DNA of 64,000 nucleotides from a virus: IMG/VR virus record IMGVR_UViG_3300033120_001080, positions 37,232-101,231 of that record; one strand, given 5' to 3'. This document shows, one piece after another, positions 16,024-28,200 of the stretch (positions are counted from its first letter, which is position 1; the number at the start of each line of letters is the position of its first letter). A program made the position numbers and the translations under genes. Under the pieces are notes generated by a model. That model was not told where the DNA came from. It made no database searches and saw only the letters and a list, made by a program, of their open reading frames with translations.

Positions 16024-17911
16024 TTGATGGAATTCTTTGCAGAATTTCGACGTCAGTGGGGGGATCGGCCCTGGTGCCATCCCTACATAACTATGGATAC
16101 CCGAGATCAGGACGACTCTGAATCAAAGTCAATGATCATGTTCGATTGGTGGTCCCCGAAAACCGACGGTTGGAAACGAGTGTGTCTGTCAGATGAGGAT
16201 TTTGTCAGATCAGTGCCGGATTTGGTGGCCAACATCATTCATTATTGCGACTCCCGGGACCAGGCTCTACAGGCTCTCTGGCCCAACCACTTTGAAGAAG
16301 ACCAATGGCTGGACAGTCGCATAGACGAGTTTATGGAAAATTTGGACTATTTCACTGAATATCTGAAACAGCAAAATTCCGAAACTCAGCAGTCAGAACT
16401 TCAGCGCGTTGAGTCAATCGTGAATTTTTTGAGTGGCCATAATGATCAACATTAGTGAACATAACTTTGTTGCATTCAGATTCACTGACAACGACTTCCA
16501 TCATTCACTGGAAGCAGCCATCAAGTTTGTGGCTCAGCGAGCTGCGGACGACATGTCAGAGGAATCCTGGCTGGAATTCGTCGTCATCTGCACCGATGCC
16601 ATGCACAGACTGGCTCATATCAGTGATTGGGGGAGCGGGCATCGAGCCAGAGAGTCGACGGCTGACTACATCAGACGCCGGTTGACCGTGTCGAAAATCA
16701 AAACTCTTTCTGATTTGAATGTCGAAACATTTGAAGGATATGTTTTGGATACCCACACTGGGGTTGTTTTTTATGTTGAATATTAGCTGAAATCAAAGTA
16801 CAGTGTGCATGCGCAATTTCAAGTGATTCAACATTGGGAGTAAAAATGAACTCAGCTGCATTTGTTTTGATCTTGTTGGTCAACATCTCAACAGGTGCCG
16901 GACACAGTAACGCTCTGACGGTGGCGGAATTTTCCTCCAAAGAAAGGTGTGAAGCAGCCGGCAGGGCCGCTGTCAAACTATCCAACTCTCGCGTGAGAGA
17001 GATCAACTGGGTTTGTGTGCAAAAATAAAATCGAGGTAAGCTGACATGTTCAAATTATTAGAGCTGCTGTTTCATGGTTGCATCCACAAGTGGGACACAA
17101 CAGAAGTCATCAATCTGTATGACAATGTACGACCGACAGGTTTTGTTGGTCGCGCCTACTATCTCCGATGTCAGAAGTGTGGTCGTGTCAAACGACACCT
17201 TTTCTCGCACTATCACTGGTGATTGATTCGATCTACATGATGATCACACAGTCAAAACAGGAATAACCGGAGAATTAAAATGACCAATCACAATGAATCG
17301 CAAACTACAGAACGTCAGATACATCAGACTTGCATTGATGTTTTTCATGAAATCTATCCGGATGAACCACTTGTCCCGCCGTCGTTTCTTTTATGGTATA
17401 TTGAAAGACTCGATGATTATGTCATAGGGTATAACAAGATTGCAGTTACAAAAACTGGTGACGATCAAAAAGTTGTGGATTTGCAGAATGATCCAAAATT
17501 TGTAAGGTGGGTAACGAAAACAGACAAAGAAAATTTTGACAAAGCGTTAAACCAAATGATGATGAATCGCCTTGTAAATTACAAAGACTAGATTTTGATC
17601 GTAAAACTTAATCCGGAGCAAAAATGATCGAGCAATATTATACCGTGCGAGGTGCAAACATTGTGGGTCAAGATAAGATTTTTTATGTAGCATTGAATGA
17701 AAACCACCCATATTACGACGATGTTGGCGACGAATTTGAAGATGAACTTTACTTTTCTCTCTGCAGGTACCCAACTGATCTCTTCGATACCATTGAAGAG
17801 GCCGAAGCTTTTGTGGTTGAAATCAAAGAATATTCTGCATGCAATCCGTACATAAACACAAATAATCTTGAAATCGTAAGAGTTACGGTGGAAAAAATTA
17901 GTACGGAGTAA
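16024..17911 (+). other. Run of small hypothetical genes (16024-16455, ~16442-16786, ~16846-17028, ~17046-17222, 17280-17591, 17624-17911)
   Basis: Closely packed + strand ORFs with RBS-like motifs; no functional motifs. Confidence 0.6.
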
Positions 17912-17913
17912 AA

Positions 17914-18126
17914 ATGATCATTGTTGTTTGTGGGCACTATCCTGTGTATGATAAACAAGGAATTCCAACAGGACAAACTGAATTCGGAGTGAGCCACGGT
18001 TATAATATGCAGACTGGCTGTAGTTTTCCATTACCACATGTAAGATCCCCAGCAGAGTTGGGCGCAGTATATGACCGTGAGCTTGATGAATGGGTTCTGT
18101 CGGAATCTGACGATACTCTGAAATAA
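17914..18126 (+). CDS. Hypothetical protein
   Basis: GGAG RBS. Confidence 0.6.
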   Translation: MIIVVCGHYPVYDKQGIPTGQTEFGVSHGYNMQTGCSFPLPHVRSPAELGAVYDRELDEWVLSESDDTLK

Positions 18127-18127
18127 A

Positions 18128-18385
18128 ATGATGAATGAACGAATTAAAGAACTTGCTGAACAGGCAACTATAAAGATTGCATATAGAATCGATCCGCACA
18201 CGTTCTATTGCACTGACGATCCAAGTGGTCCTCATATTCGACTTGAATTTGATAAAGAAAAGTTCGCAGAGTTGATTGTTCGGGAATGTGCCCAAATCAG
18301 TGAAGAATATGCCTATTCGGGAACGCTGCCCATGCTTATTTCTTACCTCATCAAAAAACGTTTTGGAGTCAAGGATAATGAATAA
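18128..18385 (+). CDS. EKFAELI family protein
   Basis: MNERIKELAEQA...DKEKFAELIVREC...FGV. Confidence 0.8.
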   Translation: MMNERIKELAEQATIKIAYRIDPHTFYCTDDPSGPHIRLEFDKEKFAELIVRECAQISEEYAYSGTLPMLISYLIKKRFGVKDNE

Positions 18386-18626
18386 ACGAATTCAAGAACT
18401 TATTGACCAGTGCTACGAGCCAGCTCCTCTATTCAGGGATGGATTTGAATCGGTTATTGGCACTGTTTTCAATAAAGAAAAGTTCGCAGAGTTGATTATT
18501 CGAGAATGTTTGGATGTAATGGCTGCAACCGCTAAAACGGCGCAGGAAGAGTTCACTTACATGGGCAACGATGTTCCAACCAGTGCTCATCAGATGGAGA
18601 TTGCCGACCACTTTGGAGTCGAATGA
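18378..18626 (+). CDS. EKFAELI family protein
   Basis: MNKRIQELI...NKEKFAELIIREC...HFGVE. Confidence 0.8.
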   Translation: MNKRIQELIDQCYEPAPLFRDGFESVIGTVFNKEKFAELIIRECLDVMAATAKTAQEEFTYMGNDVPTSAHQMEIADHFGVE

Positions 18627-18871
18627 TGAAAGTTCAAATGCTTGAACTATACAGACAAGCTCAAGTGCCGCATACTGCTATTGATCCGTCTAACAATATG
18701 CCGTATCAGACCACTTGTTTCAGTGCTGAAAAGTTTGCAGAGCTGCTTGTTGAGAAATGTGCGGCAATCTGTTTAATCACAGCCGAAAATTTCGCCCCAT
18801 TTTTTAGCCGCGAAAGCGATGGCGCTCGTGTTTGTTATGAAAAGATTAAAGAGCATTTTGGAGTTAAATGA
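18623..18871 (+). CDS. EKFAELI family protein
   Basis: AEKFAELLVEKC...HFGVK. Confidence 0.8.
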   Translation: MMKVQMLELYRQAQVPHTAIDPSNNMPYQTTCFSAEKFAELLVEKCAAICLITAENFAPFFSRESDGARVCYEKIKEHFGVK

Positions 18872-19077
18872 TGATTCATTTCAATTTTATTGTCGATGAC
18901 GAGGAAGTTGAGACCATTTTTCAGTGTATCCGTGAGTCTGTCAATGGCCAGAACGTGACATCATAGAGGCCATGGTCAACCATCAGGATGAGAGTTATCT
19001 AAGATGGCACCGGGAACACAGAGAATATCTGCAGAGAATCTTGAAGAAGATGAGTAACAGCAGAATTCCCGGTTAAT
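18868..19077 (+). pseudogene. Probable frameshifted small gene
   Basis: MMIHFNFIVDDEEVET... stops near 18967, but a plausible continuation DIIEAMVNHQDESYLRWH... runs in another frame. Confidence 0.4.
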
Positions 19078-19113
19078 CGGAGCAAGATGAACCAATGAGC
19101 GCGGGGGCATGGT

Positions 19114-19876
19114 ATGCCAGATGACGACTTTTCTAGGTTGACCACAGCAGAACGTGATTTTGCTGACCAAGTGTTTATGGCATTGGTACGAAATAATCCT
19201 AACTTTTCTACCCGTTCTGTGGATGATGCCTGGAGCACGGCATTTTATGCGGCCAGAGAAAGAACAAGATTGCAGGCTCTGCGGTGGAGCAACCCCAACG
19301 GCGATGATTTTTATTGGGAGAGTGGTTGATGAAAAAATTATCCGATCGACAGAGATTAGAAATTGCCAACATCTGTTACGCCAACGTTGCCGGCATGTTT
19401 GCTGATTTATGTGGCCGAGCACTCAGAGGACACACGGTCGATTGGCAAGGTTTCCCTGAGCGATGTCAACGACACAGCGAGTCATGGCTTTGGATACACC
19501 ATGCTCGAGCTAATACTGATGCCGGACGTGCAGCAGCCAAGGAGTTCAGCAAAGAGATAGCTGATAACCTACTGTGGCATTCGGAAGTTTTAGTGGGACC
19601 TGTCAAGGATCAATGATGAATCAAAACACACAAGAGCTGGCCGAGCAAGCAGGACTTTATGTAGCCATGTTCGACCCCGGCAATGAAGAAAACGCCAAAC
19701 TAGAAAAATTCGCCAATCTGGTGGTCGATCGTTGTGTGGAATTCATAGAATGTTATCGAATTCCCTGTGGAAACTCGGCCGCAGGTGAAATGGCAGCTGA
19801 GTGGACTCTGGATGCACTGACCAGTATTCGACAAGATATCTGGCAGCATTTTCGGGGAGTTGACACTGATTTGTGA
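19114..19876 (+). other. Three coupled small genes (19114-19329, ~19329-19616, 19613-19876 EKFAELI family)
   Basis: Stop/start overlaps; LEKFANLVVDRC in the last. Confidence 0.6.
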
Positions 19877-19926
19877 ATTGTTGTTGTCCCCAGTTGGTTT
19901 TTAACCACTAACCTGAGTCACCGACT

Positions 19927-20598
19927 ATGCCTTTTAAGATCATATACCATTCCACTTGGCATATTGAGATAGCTGCCACCAGCAAAGAGCTGATGGAACT
20001 GTTGCCATCACCGGCTGCTTTGGACGAGGTTTACGGCCCCTGCTGCCTGGATTCTGATGATGGAACAGCATACTCCCCGGCTACTCTGGCATCTGCAGTT
20101 AAGTTCTATCGTGAATATCGAGTGGCCACGTCGGCCACCGATGACACAATCATGACGGTGTTGCGCATAAGTCCGCAACAATATGCTGAGATTGCCTATA
20201 ATCTAGAGCATGGAACCTTAATGGAAAGTCTGGCTTATCCAGATTTTCAGTTCAATAACATGTGGGATTTCGTCAATTCCCTACCTCAGGGAGCATGGGA
20301 TCAAAACAGCGTCAGAGATGTGGATTCTGATTTCACCATCCACAGATTGAATGAATGGGTTAACTATCAAAAATGGGCTGATTCTCAGACTTTTGGAGTA
20401 ATTTGGGAAGAAACCGATGTCAGCAACTGGGTGTTTAGTCGTCAAAACAATTATCTTCAGTACTTTCACGAACATCGAACCAACAAGGGATTCAAGCGGG
20501 AACTCAAGTATGCCCATGCTATCTCACGCGGAACGTTTGTGGAGCAGGTGACCATGTTGCTGGATCAGATAACGTACAAGAAAAAATCTTCACACTGA
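19927..20598 (+). CDS. Hypothetical protein
   Basis: 223-aa ORF. Confidence 0.7.
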   Translation: MPFKIIYHSTWHIEIAATSKELMELLPSPAALDEVYGPCCLDSDDGTAYSPATLASAVKFYREYRVATSATDDTIMTVLRISPQQYAEIAYNLEHGTLMESLAYPDFQFNNMWDFVNSLPQGAWDQNSVRDVDSDFTIHRLNEWVNYQKWADSQTFGVIWEETDVSNWVFSRQNNYLQYFHEHRTNKGFKRELKYAHAISRGTFVEQVTMLLDQITYKKKSSH

Positions 20599-20616
20599 TA
20601 ACGATGGCGGACTTAA

Positions 20617-21021
20617 ATGATGATCGACGAAAGCAAACAAAACGTTGAACGCGTGGAATATGTTGTCAAGTTGAGTGAGGTCTTTGACAATAAATCCTTT
20701 GATGAGGTTGTAAAGGTCTTACGAGAATACTACGAATGTGTCGAAAATTTTGAGGATTATCAAGTAAAAAAGATTCTGTTTTTTACTGAAGTCGAAGAAT
20801 GGTCTGGAGTCGTAGACGTTACGATTAAAGGATACGGCCCAGAAACTGATGAGGAACAAGAGGCCCGCATCCGAAAACATCGGCAGATAATGGAACGGCA
20901 ACAGAAAAAGTTAAAGATGCAAGAAGAACGCGAACGAGAAGAGTATAACCGTCTAAAGGCAAAATTTGAGGAATGTCGTCCTAATGAGAAATTGAGGGTC
21001 AGTGATGAACGAAAAGCTTAA
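20617..21021 (+). CDS. REETDEE family protein (paralog 3)
   Basis: PETDEEQEARI...EREEYNRLKAKFE. Confidence 0.75.
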   Translation: MMIDESKQNVERVEYVVKLSEVFDNKSFDEVVKVLREYYECVENFEDYQVKKILFFTEVEEWSGVVDVTIKGYGPETDEEQEARIRKHRQIMERQQKKLKMQEEREREEYNRLKAKFEECRPNEKLRVSDERKA

Positions 21022-21244
21022 AGAACTAGAAGCACAGTGTTGGTATCAAGAACCTTGTGACTTTGATATGAGGGCGGATGGGTTAAGTACCATCCACACA
21101 AAGTTTGACAGGGAGAAGTTTGCCGAGTTGATTGTTCAGAGTTGCATCGATGTTTGTCTTGAACAGTGCGATCCAAGTAATTTAAACTATAAACCATCAG
21201 AAAAGTTTGCTACTGCGATCAAACATCGTTTCGACATCAAATAA
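21002..21244 (+). CDS. EKFAELI family protein
   Basis: MNEKLKELE...DREKFAELIVQSC. Confidence 0.78.
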   Translation: MMNEKLKELEAQCWYQEPCDFDMRADGLSTIHTKFDREKFAELIVQSCIDVCLEQCDPSNLNYKPSEKFATAIKHRFDIK

Positions 21245-21256
21245 TGGAAAGACTAG

Positions 21257-23191
21257 ATGATTACACTGCCTTGTGAGCTTTTTGCCCTGCGTGGGTTCCC
21301 TGGGTATTTCTACGACCCACAAAACAGTCGCATGTATTCTATCAAAGGATCTGGTGAGCTCAGAGAGCTCAAGATGGTACGAAGCAGACCCATGGCCTGG
21401 AATAACTTCAGGCATTTCGCTGGTTGGAGACTATCAGTGCGAGGACGGCGCCTCAGTGTCACCAGTGATTCAATCGAAAGATATTTGATCAGGCAAGATT
21501 ATCAAGTGCCCTATGAACGACTATCAGATCAACCAAGTGCCCGGTGGTAACTCAATCAAGGTGATGACATGGCAGTGAGCAGCACAGCATCTGGTACCGT
21601 GTGGATCGATAAGCACTCTGGATATTCTTTGAAAAAAGGGCTCAGGGCACTCTATGATGAAGTGACTTTTCACTGCGACAGAGTCGCCGAAGGGGAAAAA
21701 AGGCTGCGCATTGATTTTCGTGTGTCAGTGACGCTGGATGGCTCGGCGGCAGTGAAGTTTTTTGAGCTATGGAGAGACCAGATCAAAAATCACTGCCCGG
21801 ATGCCTACATTGACATGGAAGTAGTGATTCGCGTTCTGGGTTAAAATCGCAAATTATGGGAGCAGTGATGAAACCTCTGCATGTGTTTAAAAATACCAGC
21901 GAAGATTGGTACGGTAGCTTTCGACTACTGCACGATGACGACAAGTTGGTGATGGTCACATTCTCGCCACCGGAATACCCAGTCAACAGTGACTATGTGG
22001 TGGGTGTCAGTGGCACCGACGACTACAGTATGGTTTACCGGCACGAGCAGGAAGTTGTGGCCTGGTGTGTGTTTTTGCAGGTACTGGGCATGGATGATGT
22101 CACTGTTTCTGAGCTACGCGCCCTGGAATTCGAGTTTGACCTTTGAGATTTCAGTGAGGTATTGATCATGTATTCATTTCAGCCCCTGGCAGATATTCCA
22201 GTGAGTCATGCTGGTTTTGCGATCATAGTGTTTGTGGTTATTTTTTTCATGCTGGCGTATTACCTGGCACAGCACTATGGCTTGTGGAATTTCAAGCCCA
22301 TGATCTTGGCTGCAGCGATCATAGCACCATCTTACGTGATAAATTATCACGTACTGGACCAAACCCCCAAAAAATCGGCCAATCAACAAGTGATTGGCAA
22401 GTTCATTGGATTCCATTCCGAGGGGTATGATGAGCGCAGTGGAAAAAGTCGTGTCAGCAGACATTATGTGTACGTGATCTACGAAGTTGATGGACTGCCA
22501 GTGCTGCTGAGAGCCAGCGAGGGCATGACGTATCCGCCAGAGGCCATTTTGTACAAAAATTGACAGAGTGCGCTCAAGCATGAAATTTCTAGATTTATGT
22601 CCAGAAGATGCAGTCATTTGAATGACGGCACCGAGAAAATTCACGGTCAAGTGGAATAATTTGCTGGCATGTGCTGAATATGTTATAATATGCAAGGTGC
22701 GCAAGGCAATGCCTGCGCTGTGACGGAAATCTGAGGGCGTATGAGATGAGTGCGGGAATAAGTTTTGTGATGATCTTTGTCTTTCTGGTGGTGGCCTGTT
22801 TTGCCATGCCCTTGGAATATCTACCAAACCGTGCGGTTATAAGTGCGAGGCTGCTGGTGGTATCATTTTCGCTGATCGGTGCAGGCATATCCATGTGTCA
22901 TGCCGTTCAGGGGTGGCTGCTCTAGTAATTGTGTTGAGAAATTTTCGGGGTATGAAAATGAAATTCAAGGAAAGATATCAGAGTGGGTTGATCAACAATT
23001 CTTTCAGCAAGGAGGAGTTGGTTGATCGTGCGGTTTACAACTCCAGCTGTTATATTCAAGGTGAAATCGAAACACTGCGAGCCGAAGTCGTGTGCCTGAC
23101 TAAACTGGTTGGCATGTTGGTGGCACATCTGCCTGATGATGCACTGCTGGAGGTGGCCGACCGTTTTCGTTTTAATACAATAACTGAGTGA
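21257..23191 (+). other. Small hypothetical genes (21257-21550, 21569-21844, 21856-22146, 22162-22563 with 2 TM segments, ~22952-23191)
   Basis: Packed + strand ORFs. Confidence 0.6.
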
Positions 23192-23306
23192 ATTGAATGA
23201 TGCGCAAGTATACCTCCGGACCCTGGGTTTTCCGTCGACATTGGGACGGTTCAGGTGCATATGAAATATGCCACGCCAACAGTTACAAATGATATATACA
23301 AATATA

Positions 23307-24536
23307 TTATTGCTGCGAAACGACAGGGACTGTAATCTCCTGTCCATTTAAATCAAATATACCCCGTGGATTCCAGAAGAATCCAGTTTTATTCAATTTT
23401 AAATGACGAAATCCCACCGGCAACTCCACCAAGTCCGCCTCGTGGTTCAGAGCAGAATTTATATCCGCGTCATGCACTACTCCGCATTCGCGACAAATAA
23501 ACTCCTTGCCTTTCCGATTGGATTTGTGTACAAATCCACAATCCGAACATCTCTGACTTCTGTAAACATTACTTTGTTCAGTGAAGGTTATGCCAGACCA
23601 CTCACATCTATCTGACAATTTATCGTGGATTTGTTTATAACTAAAATGGGAAAGAAACCTACTCGTAGTTTGTCCTTTCCGCATTTGAAACAACTTTTCT
23701 AACTTAATTTCTTTGACATCTTGGAAGTTCAATTGGTTTATTGACCAGTTGATGTAGTTGGTTCGGTGTGCTTGTGCTCTACGAAAACCTTTGCTGCCTT
23801 TCTTTTTTCTTGACAATTTAGAACTGATGGTATGCAAGTCGTGGCCATGTGTGCATTTTTTGGTGACTTGACTATCACTCAAAGACAAACAGGTGGTAAC
23901 GCCTTGATCTGCGCCTAATGTTTTTCCTGTAGTCCTTTTTGCTGGTTTTTCAATTTCGTATCTGCAATTTATGGTGTCGGTGGAAACTAAGAATGAAGTC
24001 ATTAGTTTTCCCGACTTTGCTAACTTCAGTGAATGGCGAGTCTGTTTGATTGGGATAAAAAATTTTCCATATTTCTTACCAAGAGAACTCAATACAAACC
24101 AATTATCAAAGGAATTATTGGATGTATGCAAAACAGCACAAATCGAATTCAATTCAGCAGGTAATCGCTTTGGAACACGAGGCTTGACCACTGGAATGGT
24201 GTCTATTTTCCGCTGTAATTGCTGTGTGTTTGCGCCTTCTCGCATCAATTTTTTGAGAACAAATAATTGTCTGCGTCTTTTTTCTGTTGCAGAACGAATT
24301 ATCCCACATGCCTGAGTAGAAGCACACTTCAATACTCTTTGTGACAACTCTGTTTCGATAGGATAAACGTCTTTGGTAGAAATAAACTTTGGTATTTCAA
24401 ATGACTTGTTCAAATTGTTCCACAAATACTCAACATAAAACTCAACTGCTGTTCTGTAGTTGCACAAAAATTCATCAAGACGAGATTGCTTGTCTTGATT
24501 TGCAAATTTAGTAGAAAAAGCAGTCGATTTTATCAT
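23307..24536 (-). CDS. tnpB: TnpB RNA-guided endonuclease
   Basis: RuvC-I GADQG, RuvC-II LEKL, SQRCSDCG...CRECG zinc finger, RuvC-III DADINSALN. Confidence 0.92.
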   Translation of the reverse strand: MIKSTAFSTKFANQDKQSRLDEFLCNYRTAVEFYVEYLWNNLNKSFEIPKFISTKDVYPIETELSQRVLKCASTQACGIIRSATEKRRRQLFVLKKLMREGANTQQLQRKIDTIPVVKPRVPKRLPAELNSICAVLHTSNNSFDNWFVLSSLGKKYGKFFIPIKQTRHSLKLAKSGKLMTSFLVSTDTINCRYEIEKPAKRTTGKTLGADQGVTTCLSLSDSQVTKKCTHGHDLHTISSKLSRKKKGSKGFRRAQAHRTNYINWSINQLNFQDVKEIKLEKLFQMRKGQTTSRFLSHFSYKQIHDKLSDRCEWSGITFTEQSNVYRSQRCSDCGFVHKSNRKGKEFICRECGVVHDADINSALNHEADLVELPVGFRHLKLNKTGFFWNPRGIFDLNGQEITVPVVSQQ

Positions 24537-24537
24537 A

Positions 24538-25104
24538 TTATTCTGAAGTTATTTCTTGTGCAATCTGTTTTGATTTCTTATGACCTCTGCGGAGTCCATA
24601 TAATCTACAGCAAAATGATGTTATGATAGATACCAAATCTCTGATTAAATCTTGTTCGTCAGTTTCAGATTCATTTACAATTATTATTTTTGTTCCTTGT
24701 TTTTCAAGCAATTGAGAAAGATATTTAAACCCGAATCTTGTTAACCTGTCTTTGTTTTCGATGACTATGGTTGTTGGGCAAGAATCTATCATTTTCCACA
24801 ACTGTTTTCTGGAATCATTCATTCCAGAAGCAACTTCTTTATACGACGCTGATACTGGTAGCCCCCTTGCTTGACAAAAGTCATGAAGACGGGCAACTTG
24901 ATACTCCAGTTCTTTTCTTCTAGAAGCATTGCTAACACGCGCATATGTGACAACTTTTTCTACTGTTCTATTTTCACCAGTCTTGTCGACGAGTATAGTA
25001 CCATTTGGTAATTGTCTTGCCGAAGGAATCAGTCCAGCAACAAACCATCTATAGGCAGTTTGATAATGAACCCCATTTAATTTTGCATATTCACTTAGTT
25101 TCAT
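24538..25104 (-). CDS. tnpA: IS607 transposase (MerR-like HTH + serine recombinase)
   Basis: MKLSEYAKLNGVHYQTAYRW, YARVS, EVASG, KDRLTRFG, RLYG. Confidence 0.93.
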   Translation of the reverse strand: MKLSEYAKLNGVHYQTAYRWFVAGLIPSARQLPNGTILVDKTGENRTVEKVVTYARVSNASRRKELEYQVARLHDFCQARGLPVSASYKEVASGMNDSRKQLWKMIDSCPTTIVIENKDRLTRFGFKYLSQLLEKQGTKIIIVNESETDEQDLIRDLVSIITSFCCRLYGLRRGHKKSKQIAQEITSE

Positions 25105-25200
25105 ACTTTTATTTATCTTTTTTGTAAAAAACAGTGATATACACATACATTTGTTAATAAATACATTGAACTGTCATAACACATTGATACCGGAGTCTAA

Positions 25201-28200
25201 ATGACCGACCACGAAATGTTGGAACTTGCTGCCAAGGCCGCGGGTTACAGGATACGGAAAACCAGTTCAGAACTGATTACTCGAAATGACGGGCAATGTT
25301 GGGTTCAGTGGAATCCTTTGAAAAGTAATGCGGATGCGTTACAATTAGCTGTGGATCTCAAGTTAATAATTGATTGCAGCAAACCGTATGCTGGCAAGAC
25401 GCCAAAGCCTCACGCCACATGGTGGGATGAAAACATGAGCCGTGAAGAACTCACTCGATGTGTGATAGTCCGTGCTGCGGCTGAGATCGGGAGGGAGCTG
25501 GAAATGGCTGAAAAGCACGAAGCACTGCGGCTAGCTGAATGGGCGGAGCGGTTTTGCCGCAACGTCGAAGACCCCAAAGACTTTCGTTGGAAAGCCATGG
25601 CTGACATGGCCACAGAGCTACGCCGACTGCATGCAGTGAAAACCGATTTGCTGAGGTCTCTGCGTATGGCGGTGCTGCAGAACAGCAACGACATGCTGAT
25701 GACTGATGAAGAAATTCGCGTGTGTGAATATGCAATTAACAAAGCCACAGAGGATCAATCATGACTGACATTGTTGACAGATTGCTGCAGCGTGCTGCTG
25801 CCAACACCTGGCTGTTGGGAGTCCCGCCTGAGGATTTGAAAGAGGCGGCGGATGAGATCCAGAGTCTGCGATCTCATCTACAGGTGGTACAACAACAGGC
25901 CGCCGCCTACCGCTTCATTCGAGACGGCGACACCTGGCCACGTTGCAGCACCGCTGAAGAATTTGACGCTGCAATTTTCGCAGAAATGAGGAACAGCCAT
26001 GGGCAAAATTCGTGAAAATTCTGAGGCATGGCCTCCTGGATGGAAAATGAAACCTCAGCCAGACGGGACCATCATAGTCAGCAAGCCAATGGTGGGAGGT
26101 TATGTTGCTGGCATCAAGGAAGCTGGTATAGCCAGTGAAATCTTGCATGCACTGGCCAAAGACATTCTGTCCCAGAAAGCTCTGGAGCAGAAAAAACCCA
26201 AGACGCGCCACTGCGACGAGTGTCATCATTTTCGTGGTTTTGAGATCAATGATCTCAAAAATCCAGTGTGTAAACTAAACCATCGTCCTAAATTCTACTT
26301 GCCGAAGTCCACACTCGACCCCAACTGGGGGTGGAAGAAAAAGTGTAAAGATTTTCAGGATTTCAGTGATGACAGATGATGGATTTAATGCGGGCATAGC
26401 GACTGGGGGCGGAAAGAACCAGATGCGTGAAGAATTCGAATTGTGGGCTCGAGCAGAACCACGAAGATGGACACTTGAGTACAATCCGCGCAATCTGCAA
26501 GAGTACGACCGACCGTATATACAAATTACATGGGAAGCGTGGCAAGCCGCTTACAGACTTCCTGCTGCTGTGGGCAAGTTTATCAATCAGCAATGTGACG
26601 ACAACCGCAGGCTAACTGACGAATTAAACTCACTCAGAGCCAAGCTTGCTGACAAAAACAACGAGCCCGGTCCCCCGGAGGTGGTAGTTCACCAGCGTGT
26701 TATTCGAGAGCGTGACGCATACAAAGCCGCTTATCTACGCGCTGTGGCTGAATTGATGGAAGCAAACATCAGCCTTCAACAAGCGCAAGACGAACTGCTG
26801 GCTAACCAGCAAGGAAAAAATACATGAAGATGTGGGCTTACAGCAGTACCGAGACCCTGGCAGAAGTGCATACTTGATAAAGAGAAGCAACCATGAGCAT
26901 TGAAATTTCCGACGCGACCATCCAAATGTGGATTCAAACCGGCATCCAGAGTGCCATCAATTCCATGCTGCGCGACAGCTATGGGGCTGGTGCATTGCTG
27001 AAAAAAGCCACAGAGAAGGCCATGCTCGAATCTGAGCAGCACATCGTCGAGGCTATGAAAGAGTCCATCCAGCGAGCTTGCGTTTCACCCAACTTTCTTC
27101 AGGCAGTTGAACGCGATATTGCTGCAGCCATGGCCAACCAATATCGTGGCGCATTTGACGGTGTAATCAAAGCAGCCGCCAAGCAGGCAGCGAACACCGA
27201 AGTCATCGCCCAGAGGGTCGCTGAGCTGACCAAATTGGCCGCAGGCATCGCGGGCAGCAATTCTGACTCTGACAAGAAGTGAGACCGTGGTAGTTTATGG
27301 GTGATGGTCATGCAACCTCTGACGAAAAAAGAAATCCAAGCGGTGAAAAAATACATAGCTGAGCATGCAGAAGAATTGAAGAACATGCACCGTCTCAAGG
27401 ACGCTAGACATCTTGGTTATGGCCACTGTCTTTTTCTTCGAAGATCTGGATTTCTTAAATAAAATTCAGTCTGAGCACAATACTGGAGATAAAACCATGA
27501 ATGTTTCGTACAACGACCACCGAGAGATCAACACCGCGGTATCAAACTCCACCGGTGTGGCTGTGACACCAGATCCAAGATTTGCCCCCATGAGCAAATC
27601 TGATGCACTGAAAATTATGTGTGCGCTGGTGTCTGCCGAAGCCGTGCTCATGGGCAACAGGACAACATGCCCTGAGTATATTTTTGAAAACATCGGAGAA
27701 GCCATAGAAATTCTAGAACTGGAGATACTCAGATGACCAAGAAAGACATTGATCGTCTGGCCAAAGAGGCCGGCCTGCAACCGTACTACGACCAGCAGGC
27801 CTTGGCCATTGAAAAATTTGCTGAGCTGGTGGCTGCCTATGTCACTGCTAAATCTTTGAGAATCGATACGTTTGACAGTATTCACCCCCCCCCCAAACAC
27901 ACAGTGGGCTAATAACTTACACAGCAGGGACGCATATGATCACAGCAGCTGAAGCTTTGAAGATTTTCCAAGACAGTGGGGCAGATGTGGTGGAATTCAT
28001 ATCCAAAAACATAGACCCCAAAATTCGACTGGCAGCACTGGTTGGCGATAGGGAATGTTTTGTGGCAAGCAGTAGTGATCCAGTGCCGGCGTGGTGCTCT
28101 GCTGTGTATCCTGATGAACGAGACCAGCTGATAATCCAGAAATTGCGGGGATTGGGATTCCACGTGTCATTTGGTCTCGACCTGGCTCATAAATTTGTCC

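Larger units (their letters stand above)
23280..25173 (-). mobile_element. IS607-family insertion sequence (TnpA serine recombinase + TnpB); ends approximate
   Basis: AT-rich block opposite to flanking genes, tnpA-tnpB order, GATATAYACA near both ends, CAGTT...AACTG termini. Confidence 0.85.

Noticed and set aside
23280..25173. Cas12 system or IStron
   Set aside because: No CRISPR array, and no group I core in the short left end
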